A stretch of DNA of 64,000 nt from a virus. Shown here in pieces: positions 1 to 8,787 of the stretch. The DNA lies in the IMG/VR virus record IMGVR_UViG_3300042301_005010, positions 3,341-67,340 of that record; one strand, given 5' to 3'. Under the pieces are notes generated by a model. It worked only from the letters and a program-made list of their open reading frames with translations, was not told where the DNA came from and did not search any database. Every line of letters starts with the position of its first letter. The stretch's first letter is position 1. A program made the position numbers and the translations under genes.

Positions 1-116
1 CTGATCGTTGATTCGCTAGGTGGTGAGACCAGCGGCATGGGCCTGGCCGCGGCGATCGCTTTCGCCGATGTAGAGGGGGACGGGACCGCTGCTGATCTGA
101 TCGTTGATTCGCTCAT
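1..116 (-). CDS. 5' part of a leftward gene running off the window (MSESTIRSAAVPSPSTSAKAIAAARPMPLVSPPSESTI...)
   Basis: ATG at 116 follows a pyrimidine-rich leader like other genes here. The frame is open to position 1 and contains an in-frame 96-bp insertion. Confidence 0.55.
   Translation of the reverse strand, partial: MSESTIRSAAVPSPSTSAKAIAAARPMPLVSPPSESTI
18..95. repeat. Exact 78-bp copy of ERF gene segment 759-836, bracketed by a direct repeat (1-17 = 97-113)
   Basis: Base-by-base comparison. Confidence 0.95.
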
Positions 117-381
117 GGGGATGGGGATGAAAGGGGAACAGAAGGGAAGACGGGTTGTGTTGCTGCAAATGGCCTTGGTCCGGTCCAGTCGGGTGCAGTC
201 CCCCTGGAGCCAACCGGATCCCTCGATGGGGCCCGTTACCGGAGAGAGGCCAGCAGCGTCCACCGCTTGGTCCGAGCAGTGGGCTGGCGTCACCTGGGAG
301 GCCACAACACGCGCAAGCGCGGCAGCACCAGCAGCAGGGCCTAGGGGCCCCGTGCTGGGGAAAGGCTGAGGCTGGTTCCTG

Positions 382-1404
382 TCATGGCGCGTTGCCCTGT
401 GATGCGGCCGCGGCGTTCTTGGCCAGCAGCTGATCAGCGGCCAGGAGCTTCGACTCGATCTCCTGGAAGCGTTCCGGAGTGATGGCTGGATCCGTCAGTT
501 CCTGCTCGAGGGCGCGGCGATCGTCCTTGCTGATCCACCCAGGCGGTGGGCCCTGACGAACTACGGCGGCAGGACCGCGCTGGGTGGCGCTGGCTGGGCC
601 TGCAGCGGAGCGGGAAGGTGTCGTGACGGTCCGCACCGGTTGTTGCTGTGGACCGTTGCCCTGGCGCGCCTGGCGGGGCTGGCTGTCGCCTGAAGCGTTG
701 AAGTCGTCATCACGCTCAGCGGCGAGGCCTAGCACCATCTGCAGGGCCAACCGGCGGCAGGTGGTGAGACCAGCGGCATGGGCCTGGCCGCGGCGATCGC
801 TTTCGCCGATGTAGAGGGGGACGGGACCGCTGCTGACGCAACCGCCGCCGGAATGGATCAGGTAGCCAGTGACCACCGGAGTGCCGTTGTCGTCCAGCTC
901 CTGGCGGGTGACAGCGCAGAGGCCCATGGCGGCAGCGCTCTGGCCGGCGGCGATCACGCTGGCGAGATCGGCGTAGCCGTAGGAGATCGTCCCGCCTTTT
1001 TTTGTGGCGTACTCCGCCTGGCGGTTTTCGACAAGGCGCGGCTCGGTTGCGTGCCATGCTGCAAGTGCAGCAAACAGCTGCATCTGCTGTTCTGCTGTCG
1101 GTTCGTAGTTGAGGAACTCGATCAACCGCCGCCGCTGGTCGTCCTTGAAAACGTGGTCTTGGCGGCTGGTCTGGTCGTGTTGGGCCTGCGCTTCGGCCAG
1201 CACGTGGATCTCTGAGCGGAGCTGGGCGATCACGCCCTCCTGTTTGCGAATCTGCTGGTCGTGAAAGCCGATTTGCTGGTTGGCGCGGTGGGCGAAGTCT
1301 TCCAGTGCCCTGTGGGAGAGCTGTGGACTGGCCGCGGCCGGCGCCCCGGAGAAAGGCGGTGGAGGATGCGGCGATGGCGCCCCTGACTGGGTACTGGAAT
1401 CCAT
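382..1404 (-). CDS. erf: ERF-family single-strand annealing protein
   Basis: YGYADLASV, GL..T..Q, LIHSGG, AGLTTCRRLALQMVLGLAAERDDD match the ERF G..TY.RRY.L...G....DDD pattern. Confidence 0.85.
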   Translation of the reverse strand: MDSSTQSGAPSPHPPPPFSGAPAAASPQLSHRALEDFAHRANQQIGFHDQQIRKQEGVIAQLRSEIHVLAEAQAQHDQTSRQDHVFKDDQRRRLIEFLNYEPTAEQQMQLFAALAAWHATEPRLVENRQAEYATKKGGTISYGYADLASVIAAGQSAAAMGLCAVTRQELDDNGTPVVTGYLIHSGGGCVSSGPVPLYIGESDRRGQAHAAGLTTCRRLALQMVLGLAAERDDDFNASGDSQPRQARQGNGPQQQPVRTVTTPSRSAAGPASATQRGPAAVVRQGPPPGWISKDDRRALEQELTDPAITPERFQEIESKLLAADQLLAKNAAAASQGNAP

Positions 1405-1490
1405 TCGAGCCGTTGCGAGAGAGGTTGGTAGTGCATCGGTTACGCTGCACCGATCCGCCCACCGAACATTAGCACCATTGTGACTTCGTA

Positions 1491-1769
1491 ATGTCGCAGG
1501 TTCATGCCGTCGTGAATCAAGTCCCTAACGGCCCTCCTGGCTGCGTCATGGCCACCAGTAATGGCGTGCTTTCTGTCACAGTTCTTCATGCCACGGCTGC
1601 CGATTTTTTCTGGCAACAGCGGCAGGTGCTGACAGAAGCTTTCAGCTGCAGTGCTTTGCGCCTACTGATGCTGAGGCCAGAAAACAGCAGCGCTGAACCG
1701 ATCCAGATGGAATGGAGCCGACCGCCGGAGGCCAGGCCACTGAACGATCCACCGATCAGTCGACACTGA
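1491..1769 (+). CDS. Hypothetical protein
   Basis: 92-aa ORF filling the gap between two leftward genes. Confidence 0.35.
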   Translation: MSQVHAVVNQVPNGPPGCVMATSNGVLSVTVLHATAADFFWQQRQVLTEAFSCSALRLLMLRPENSSAEPIQMEWSRPPEARPLNDPPISRH

Positions 1770-2670
1770 TCGCCGTTTCCGACCCCTGCTGCTTGGCTGA
1801 GGCCTTTGCAAGCTGCTGCGCCTTTCGATCTTCCAAGCGCTGCAGCAGCACCTGGGTGGCGAGCTGCTCACCCTCTACCTGCTCAGGCCCCCAGGTTTCC
1901 GTGCCAAGCAGCACCAACCGGAGAAACTTCTGCCGCTCGGGCTCCTTGCCTGGGTAGAGCTCGACGATCTGGGCCCAGTCCTCAACGATGTCCAGGCCTG
2001 CGTCGATGGCGGCTTTGCGCAGCGTGCGGCCTGAGATGCACTCCGGAGGCCTCTCTTGCTCTGCTGCGGCCTGCTTTTTGACGAGTGGCTCTGGGGTGAG
2101 GCGACTGATGGCAATGGACAGGAGCTCCTCGGGCCCAAAAACGCCCTGCTGATCGCGCAGCACGTGCGCGCTGGCGACGCAGTCCCGGAGTCGCTGATCT
2201 GTCGGTGCCGCTTGCTTGCCAGCTTGCACGGCCGCAACCCATTCATTCAGCCGCCCAAGCTCCAAGAAGAAGGTGCTGGCGAGAGAGCGGCTTTTGCGCC
2301 GCAGAAACAGGTTGAGCCCACTCGAATGCAGGCGGCTGGTCAGGCTGACCTCCCGCCAACCGGGGACATCATCTGCAGGCTCAGAGGCTGGAGTTCCGAT
2401 CGCCTCCCAGACATGGCCGCGGTGGTTGACCCATTGCCCGGCCTGCAGAGACATTCCAGCGACCCACTCCGAGATCGGTTCCGAGGATCGCGCCAGCAGG
2501 GCCAGCTCAGCAAGTCGTGAGGTGACAGCCAGGCTCCAGCCGTTGTAGTCCAGCCACTGCTCGATCAACGAGCGCAAGACCTCACGGCCGCTCTGCTCAG
2601 TGATCAGCCAGTGGTCTCGAGCAACAGGCTCTGACCCTGGCGGCCTCGACATTTGCTGCTGCTGATCCAT
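1756..2670 (-). CDS. Putative DNA-binding/regulatory protein with an inserted CBM5/12-like module
   Basis: Divergent from the replication operon (repressor position). Helical segments flank WVAGMSLQAGQWVNHRGHVWEA...EP...W. Confidence 0.5.
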   Translation of the reverse strand: MDQQQQMSRPPGSEPVARDHWLITEQSGREVLRSLIEQWLDYNGWSLAVTSRLAELALLARSSEPISEWVAGMSLQAGQWVNHRGHVWEAIGTPASEPADDVPGWREVSLTSRLHSSGLNLFLRRKSRSLASTFFLELGRLNEWVAAVQAGKQAAPTDQRLRDCVASAHVLRDQQGVFGPEELLSIAISRLTPEPLVKKQAAAEQERPPECISGRTLRKAAIDAGLDIVEDWAQIVELYPGKEPERQKFLRLVLLGTETWGPEQVEGEQLATQVLLQRLEDRKAQQLAKASAKQQGSETAISVD

Positions 2671-2887
2671 GGGTGCTCTGAGGCGTGAGGGCCGGGATCG
2701 GGTCCATCTGGAGCCGAACATAAGTGCTAGGCGAAATCACGCCGCCACCCTACGAAGCGCACTCGCAACAACCACATAGCGCCATGCAGCAGAAGCGCGG
2801 CAACGGTGTGGAATCAGATTTGAGACAGCATGGGTCCATACCATCTCGAATCCGCTACGGTCCAGATGTGCTGGTCGGTTTCCCGCA

Positions 2888-2916
2888 AACAACAAAGGCC
2901 CCGCCGAAACGGAGCC
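2888..2916 (-). terminator. Intrinsic terminator-like hairpin on the minus strand
   Basis: Minus strand reads GGCTCCG-TTTCGG-CGGGGCC-TTTGTTGTTT. Confidence 0.55.
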
Positions 2917-3049
2917 AGTGTTGCCCTTGCGGGCTGCGACCACCGGGCACGCTCCCCAGCAGGACCAATGGTCGCAACAGGGCAATCCTACTGCAACAGC
3001 CGCGATCCGCAGGCTCCAGGGAGTGGAACCATCCATCTCAGATCCTGAC

Positions 3050-4333
3050 ATGCCAACCAAAGATTTCAGCGGTGAGTTGCACCGCGCTCTGTTTGCACAG
3101 ATTCCGCTCGACTTGCTGAGCAGCTGTGCACAGATAGGGCGCAGGAGGTTGGTATTCGTATATGCCTGGCTCTGGTTTTATGCCGGTCAAGCGGATGACG
3201 GATTCCCTTCCGTCCCTCGGCTTGCCCTGGAGTGCGGCATGAAGGAACGGGACATCAGAACGGCACTTTCGACCCTCCTCAGTGAGGGTTGGATCATCAA
3301 ATCGGGCACAGGACCCAACGGGACTAACCGGTATCGGATCCGTATGGAAACAGGCCGCAAAAAGCGAACATCGAAACCCATTGCAGTGCAACGCAAGTCA
3401 GCACACCCCCTCCCCCCAGAGGGGACCCCCCCCCAGGGCCCCCCCCCTCCCCCCAGAGGGGACTCCCCCGGAAGGGGACCCCTCCCCCCAGAGGGGACTC
3501 CCCCTGGGGGGGACCCAATCAATAAACCCTTAAACGAAGAAGAAGAAATCCAAGAAGGGTTAAATGATTACTCCACTACATATATCCACCAACGCGGCGA
3601 AAAAATCGATGCCACGGCGCCAACGGTCACGACGGCCGAGCCCGTCGCGACAGCGGTCGAGATCGTGATAGCCTCAGCTCACAACGACGCTCCCCAGCGC
3701 CATGCCCAACCGGCAACCCAGCCCCCGGCAGCCGCCTCAACCCTCCCCGACTGCGCCCACCCGCACCGCCAGCTGCTGCGCGAGTGGTGGCTCAGGCGCC
3801 GCAGCAAGCACCCCGCCGCGGCCAACGAGCTCAGCGCTGGCGACATCCAGGCCATCCAGCACGCCGACGCCCTGGGGGTCCTCCGGCCGTTTCTCGAACA
3901 CGCTGCCGCCAGCGGCTGCAAAACCCTCGTCACCGGTTACCGGCGTCGCTGTGAACAGCTCCGCGCCGGCCCTGCAGCCGCTGAGGCCTTCGACACCCTT
4001 CGCAGCGCCTACCTGGCGGCGCCCCGTCGGGTCCCCTGTCAATCTCTGCCCGCTGCCCAGAGAGAGTTTTCCGCCGTGCTGGCTGAGGGCCACACCGCCG
4101 AGCAGCTGGTAGCGGCCCTGGCCGCTGAAATCCGCGCTCAGGACCAGCAGCACGCCTCCACGGGTTTTGCCCCATCCCTGCCTGATATCGCTCGCTGGCT
4201 GAAGGAGCGCCGGTTCGCCGCCTACCTGCAGCAGAACCAGCCCGCCGCCCCCGCCGCATTTGAGGCCCCGATCGATCCAGAAACCGGCGCCCCAGACCCC
4301 TTCGCCTACCACCGTCACATCACAGGCCAATGA
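3050..4333 (+). CDS. Replication initiator (N-terminal winged HTH, lambda O-like layout)
   Basis: FPSVPRLALECGMKERDIRTALSTLLSEGWI...TNRY HTH. Internal iterons. C-terminal LPDIARWLKERRF motif typical of phage initiators. Confidence 0.8.
   Translation: MPTKDFSGELHRALFAQIPLDLLSSCAQIGRRRLVFVYAWLWFYAGQADDGFPSVPRLALECGMKERDIRTALSTLLSEGWIIKSGTGPNGTNRYRIRMETGRKKRTSKPIAVQRKSAHPLPPEGTPPQGPPPPPRGDSPGRGPLPPEGTPPGGDPINKPLNEEEEIQEGLNDYSTTYIHQRGEKIDATAPTVTTAEPVATAVEIVIASAHNDAPQRHAQPATQPPAAASTLPDCAHPHRQLLREWWLRRRSKHPAAANELSAGDIQAIQHADALGVLRPFLEHAAASGCKTLVTGYRRRCEQLRAGPAAAEAFDTLRSAYLAAPRRVPCQSLPAAQREFSAVLAEGHTAEQLVAALAAEIRAQDQQHASTGFAPSLPDIARWLKERRFAAYLQQNQPAAPAAFEAPIDPETGAPDPFAYHRHITGQ
3406..3600 (+). promoter_or_regulatory. 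Putative replication origin: iterons CCTCCCCCCAGAGGGGAC (3 copies plus variants) followed by an A-rich tract
   Basis: Direct repeats at about 3409, 3446 and 3481, then an AT-rich stretch at 3518-3600, inside the initiator gene. Confidence 0.75.
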
Positions 4334-4812
4334 CGCTCTCGCTCCCCTCAGCCCCAGCACCTGAGCCCCTAGCCCCGCACAAGCGCCGCCCAGCCGCCGG
4401 CCCCGCTTTCGTCCTGCCTGGTTTCGCGTGTTTTGCCTGCTCGGACACCGGCATCGTCGGCAACCACGACCGGGCGATCAACGAGTTCATCCCCGACTAC
4501 GACGTCCTCCCTTCCGGGGAGGTCGGTCCTGGGTCTGATCCGGCGATCATCTGCTGCTGCAATGCCGCCTACCCCAGGGAAGGCCGCGGCGGCTTTCGCG
4601 ATTCCGCCGGCCCTCGCCGTCTCGAGACCGCGGCCGGTCCTCGCATGGTGGGCTGTGAGCTGGATCAGCAGGCCATCGAGGCCATCCACCGCAATCGCCG
4701 CCAGCGCGCCCTCGCTGGTGTTCAGGCCACCGCTGAGCAGGCCCGCCAGTTGAAGGCCAACACCCAGGCCGCTGTCGCCGGCCTGTTGCCCTCCATGCCC
4801 GGGAGCCTCTGA
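4330..4812 (+). CDS. Zn-finger protein coupled to the initiator
   Basis: CFACSDTG and CCC..A motifs; ATGA overlap with the upstream gene. Confidence 0.6.
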   Translation: MTLSLPSAPAPEPLAPHKRRPAAGPAFVLPGFACFACSDTGIVGNHDRAINEFIPDYDVLPSGEVGPGSDPAIICCCNAAYPREGRGGFRDSAGPRRLETAAGPRMVGCELDQQAIEAIHRNRRQRALAGVQATAEQARQLKANTQAAVAGLLPSMPGSL

Positions 4813-5150
4813 TGGCCACCCACATCGCCCCCGCCCGCCCGCTGCCAGATATCGGCGCCGTGCTGCTATGCCTGGAGCGTGGCTCCACTGCCGCCTATCC
4901 CGTCACGGTTGATCGGCACCTGGGCCGTTACTTCTTCGCCGGAGATCACCGTTTCCACGTCTACGACGATTGGAAGGTGGGCACCACCAGGCACACCTGG
5001 CTCACGGCCGCGGCCATGGTCTGGCTTGCCAGCCCTGAGGAGCAGGTTTCCCTGGAGAACCTCCACGAGGAGCTGGCCACGGCTTCTCGGGCCCCCTGGC
5101 AGCCCCCCGCGTCACCGGTTGGCCCTCCAGAGCCCACCGAGAACTGGTAA
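4812..5150 (+). CDS. Hypothetical protein
   Basis: TGATG coupling; codon usage matches neighbours. Confidence 0.6.
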   Translation: MATHIAPARPLPDIGAVLLCLERGSTAAYPVTVDRHLGRYFFAGDHRFHVYDDWKVGTTRHTWLTAAAMVWLASPEEQVSLENLHEELATASRAPWQPPASPVGPPEPTENW

Positions 5151-5318
5151 CCCCACGCTCCCCACCCCCATGCTCATTTTCTGCAGAACCCGAGAGGTGC
5201 ACCCCTTTGGTGCCCGTTGGCGTCACAAGCTCCCCTTCGGCTGGGAGCTCCGCTGGCAGCGCCCAAACCGCCCGGTCGTTGCCGTGTGCAGCCACAGCAG
5301 CTGGAAGCACGTAAAGCC

Positions 5319-5981
5319 ATGGTGAACACCTTGTTTCGACCGGAGCCAACCACCTGGCTGCCAGCCCAGGAGCTGCCCGTTCAACCGGCCGCGGCCGGTG
5401 GCTACTTAACCCCCAGCGGAGAGGAGCTGTTCTCCGCCCGAGGCATCCTCGATCGGGTCTATCCCCCCCCTGCCCTGCAGCTGGCCCGCAACCCGGTGGT
5501 GCATCGTGCCTGCATCGCTTATGCCAACAGTCTCCACAACCCGGAGGTGAGCGGAGCGGGGCCCTGGTCGCCCGCTGTGGCGCCGTTCACCGATCAGCTC
5601 AGCACCATCGCCCCGCTTATCGGCCATCCCTTCTGGGCCAACCTGGAGGTGCTGGCAGCACCGATCCATGTGCGGCACCGCCGCCTGCCGATAGCCACCA
5701 CAGCAGAGCTGCTGGTCCGTTTCTCCAATGGCGGGGAAATCGGCATTGGCCTCTGCCAGAGCGCTGCCAGCAATCAGCTTGACCCGTTCCGCATTGCCGC
5801 CGAAGTTGGAGCAGCTATTGCCCTGCTCGGGGACAGCTGCTTCTGGTGGCCGCGGCGTGCGTTCGTCCTGTTCTGCAGTCCTGAGCGCACCACGGTGGAA
5901 ATGATCGATGTAGACACGGCCCTGGGCTGCTGGATCGATGCGATCGATGCCTACCGCTTCATGGCCAGAACCATGAACTGA
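5319..5981 (+). CDS. PD-(D/E)XK exonuclease-like protein, apparently degenerate
   Basis: Y.TPSG..LFS...IL, VH, EV....V.H....IATTAELLV resemble phage exonucleases, but there is no D-x-K. Confidence 0.45.
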   Translation: MVNTLFRPEPTTWLPAQELPVQPAAAGGYLTPSGEELFSARGILDRVYPPPALQLARNPVVHRACIAYANSLHNPEVSGAGPWSPAVAPFTDQLSTIAPLIGHPFWANLEVLAAPIHVRHRRLPIATTAELLVRFSNGGEIGIGLCQSAASNQLDPFRIAAEVGAAIALLGDSCFWWPRRAFVLFCSPERTTVEMIDVDTALGCWIDAIDAYRFMARTMN

Positions 5982-6019
5982 AAGGTGCGGTTTTGAGCCC
6001 CTCGAAGCCGCGGCCGCCC

Positions 6020-6247
6020 ATGGTGCAGGTGTGGGTCTGGTTTGTGGGCCAGGCTGAGTGGAAGCGGATGAGCATCCGGGAGAGCGATCTGCCCCTGATT
6101 GGATCGCCCACAGCACTGATCACCGTGGAGGGCGATGGGTTCCAGGCCACGCCCATGCCGGGCTGGCGAGTGACCCGGGAGCGGCCTGGCCATGGTGGCC
6201 CACCTCTCCAGGCCAGCACTTTGATGGGGAGGCCTGGAGATGGCTGA
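6020..6247 (+). CDS. Hypothetical protein
   Basis: ORF within the operon, overlapping the next start. Confidence 0.45.
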   Translation: MVQVWVWFVGQAEWKRMSIRESDLPLIGSPTALITVEGDGFQATPMPGWRVTRERPGHGGPPLQASTLMGRPGDG

Positions 6248-6539
6248 GGGAACTGTGGTTTTTCACGTCGGCACAGGCCCCGCCTGGCCGAGGCTGCAGC
6301 AGGCCAATCCGCTGGCCGCGGCCCGTGAGCAGCTGGATGCAGCGGTCGCCGGCCTTCTTGAGGCAGCCACCGCTGAGCTGAGCGGTGATGTTCTGCTCCG
6401 CAAGGCCCTGGCCGATGGCCAGCAGATGGAGCGCCATCGCGTGATGGCCCTGCTGCTAGATCGCCTGGAGCAATACCCCCGGCCCTCTGACACCCGCCGC
6501 ATGCTCCTGCTCGACCTGCTGGAGGACGTGAAGGGATGA
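6240..6539 (+). CDS. Hypothetical protein
   Basis: ATGA overlap with the next gene. Confidence 0.6.
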   Translation: MAEGTVVFHVGTGPAWPRLQQANPLAAAREQLDAAVAGLLEAATAELSGDVLLRKALADGQQMERHRVMALLLDRLEQYPRPSDTRRMLLLDLLEDVKG

Positions 6540-7024
6540 GCACCACCAAATCACTACAACCGAGGCCTGAGACCATGTTCAACTGGAGCAAAGACGACAT
6601 AGCCCTCTTTGAGGCCTACGTCACAGGAGTTAAGGGAGCCCTGCCCGGGGACACGGAAGCTCTGTTTACGCTTCGAGGACTGCGGGCCGTTGAGTACCTG
6701 GTCGCTCAGCGCATGGCCTCCCCCATTCGCGCCATGACCGCCCTGGAAGCCTGCCTGGAAGTCGTGAAAGCTGAGGTAGAGCGTGCCCAGAAGTTGCACC
6801 CCGCCTGGCCCTCTGACCCTCTCCACGCCCTTGCGATCCTCGGCGAAGAGTTTGGCGAGCTCACCCGAGCCATGGTTCAGCTGACCTACGAACGGGAGAA
6901 AGTCAGCAGCCCAGCTGGCGTGGCTGAGGAGGCCCTGAAAACCGCTGCCATGGCCCTCCGCTTGCTGCTTCACCTCAACGACTACCGCTACATCCAGCGG
7001 TTTTCGGGTAAGAGGCCGACATGA
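6536..7024 (+). CDS. MazG-like (all-alpha NTP pyrophosphatase fold) protein
   Basis: LAILGEEFGELTRA...EEALKTAAMALR pattern. Confidence 0.6.
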   Translation: MSTTKSLQPRPETMFNWSKDDIALFEAYVTGVKGALPGDTEALFTLRGLRAVEYLVAQRMASPIRAMTALEACLEVVKAEVERAQKLHPAWPSDPLHALAILGEEFGELTRAMVQLTYEREKVSSPAGVAEEALKTAAMALRLLLHLNDYRYIQRFSGKRPT

Positions 7025-7548
7025 GCACCACCACCACCCGCCTGCCCCTGGCCACCGCTGATGAAGTGGCCGCCCAGGTGCTGGAGCTGCTGAAGCCTCA
7101 TTGCGAGCGGATCGACATCGCCGGCAGCATTCGCCGCCGCCGGCCCACCATTGGCGACCTGGAGATCGTCTGCATCCCCAAGCCTTACGACGCCTCTCCC
7201 CTGTTCTGCTCTGGCATCGCCACCGTGGTGAACCAGTGGGAAAAGGGGAAAGGGGAGCTGCCCTGCCGCTACACCCAGCGAATCCTGCCGTGGCATGGGA
7301 TGAAGCTCAATCTGTTCATGCCTCACCCGGATGGCTACGGCCTCCAGCTGGCGATCAGAACCGGCTCTGCAGAATGGAGCCATCGCCTGCTGGCCGCGGC
7401 ATGGGTCCGGGCCGGCTTCACATCGAAGGACGGCCTGATGCGCCGGAGCAGCGACGGGGCCATTTGCCCCACACCCTCGGAAGAGGCCCTGTTTCGGATG
7501 CTCGGGATATCTTGGGTTGATCCCACCGCACGGGAGATCAGGGGGTGA
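7021..7548 (+). CDS. Minimal DNA polymerase X/beta-like nucleotidyltransferase
   Basis: IAGSIRRRRPTIGDLEIV, YGLQLAIRTGS and SEEALFRMLGISWVDPTAR match the PolX palm and thumb. Confidence 0.85.
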   Translation: MSTTTTRLPLATADEVAAQVLELLKPHCERIDIAGSIRRRRPTIGDLEIVCIPKPYDASPLFCSGIATVVNQWEKGKGELPCRYTQRILPWHGMKLNLFMPHPDGYGLQLAIRTGSAEWSHRLLAAAWVRAGFTSKDGLMRRSSDGAICPTPSEEALFRMLGISWVDPTAREIRG

Positions 7549-7850
7549 TCGTCAGGGTTGGAGAACTGCGCAGCTACGAGGTCGAAGGCCAACTGCGCTA
7601 CGGGGATCTTTGCACGGTGCGGGCCATCGCTGCCGTTGCCGCCATGGCCCGGGAGTTCAACATCCAGTTGAGGCATGAGCTGCACCGCGTCGACAACTTG
7701 GAAGAGATGCGCCGTGCGGAGATCCTGTCCCCGCGGCCTCTCCCGCCCCTCCTGGTGATCGATGAGGTCGGCCCCCCGCATTCCTCGGCCCCTGGCCCCA
7801 CACCACGGTTTGGGCAGCTGTCCTGCCTCCGGCGTCAGCGGTCCCGATGA
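7545..7850 (+). CDS. Hypothetical protein
   Basis: GTGA overlap with the upstream gene. Confidence 0.45.
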   Translation: MIVRVGELRSYEVEGQLRYGDLCTVRAIAAVAAMAREFNIQLRHELHRVDNLEEMRRAEILSPRPLPPLLVIDEVGPPHSSAPGPTPRFGQLSCLRRQRSR

Positions 7851-8782
7851 GCCGGGTGACTCGGGGGGAGGGAGTGACGTGGCCACAGTCCTCGATCAAC
7901 TGGGTCCTGCTGGGCATTCATAAGCAGTGGATCGACAAAGCGCCGCCCGAAAAGCTGGACTCTGACCCGTTCGCCATCCCAGACGATCTTGCGGCAGAAG
8001 TAGACGGCCACCATTCGCCACTGGTGTGAGGTGGCTCCCTCCCAGGCCCCCCAGCTGCTGAACGTCCTCCCCCAGCAGTTGCGCTCAGGGGCCAACGGCT
8101 CCCCAACCTGGTCCCAGACCAGCTGCAATCGGGCTGCCATCGTCGGATAGCCCATCCGTGGCAGGCCCGCTTCATGGAGCTCCCTCCTCAGCTTCAGGAA
8201 GTCCTCCAGCTTTTGCAGCCACTGCTGCTCCCGCTGCCGCTGCATCGGCGTGCGGTGCTCGCATAGCCGGACCAGCTCCGGCAGCCGCCGCTGCAAGGCC
8301 TCAAACACCGCCCGCTTGATGGCCGCGGCCTGCACCCAATCTCGCTTGCCGCTGGGCAGCCGGCAGGCCGGGCATGCCCAGCGATGGGGCCTGGAGCAGG
8401 CCTGTCGCCTTCGGGGTCGCTGCATCCTTCGCCCGCAGCGGCAAATCATCAGGCCATCGAACAGCTGCGGCGGACTGAATTGGTAGTTCGCTTGTATTAG
8501 CCGCTCTGCCTGTGCCAGATCAATTGGATCGGCAATGCGCCGCCCTGTCTTCTCCCACCAGTACCGGAGCTTCATGTCGGTCATGCCGAGCGCAGCTCTT
8601 GCTGCGGTCCAGTAGAAGCCAGATCGCAAAAGGGCTTCCAGCCGTTCTACTGGCCCGTATCCCTGGCCTTCAGCCAGATCGACATCACCGCAACTCAGGC
8701 GGAAAGTCATCGCAGCATCTCGCCGCATCAATAGATGAGGACGCACCTTATCCACTACGTTATGAGACAGATACGGCACCAC
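7835..8782 (-). CDS. Protein with a serine-recombinase-type zinc-ribbon and coiled-coil, no catalytic domain
   Basis: LFDGLMICRCGRRM...RWACPAC, then a helical region and KIVWDGERVRV. Start position uncertain. Confidence 0.6.
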   Translation of the reverse strand: MVPYLSHNVVDKVRPHLLMRRDAAMTFRLSCGDVDLAEGQGYGPVERLEALLRSGFYWTAARAALGMTDMKLRYWWEKTGRRIADPIDLAQAERLIQANYQFSPPQLFDGLMICRCGRRMQRPRRRQACSRPHRWACPACRLPSGKRDWVQAAAIKRAVFEALQRRLPELVRLCEHRTPMQRQREQQWLQKLEDFLKLRRELHEAGLPRMGYPTMAARLQLVWDQVGEPLAPERNCWGRTFSSWGAWEGATSHQWRMVAVYFCRKIVWDGERVRVQLFGRRFVDPLLMNAQQDPVDRGLWPRHSLPPSHPAHRDR

Positions 8783-8787
8783 AAGGC

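Noticed and set aside
1-113. CRISPR-like repeat-spacer-repeat
   Set aside because: Only two short repeats are visible, the 79-bp spacer is self-derived, it lies in a reading frame, and no cas genes are present.
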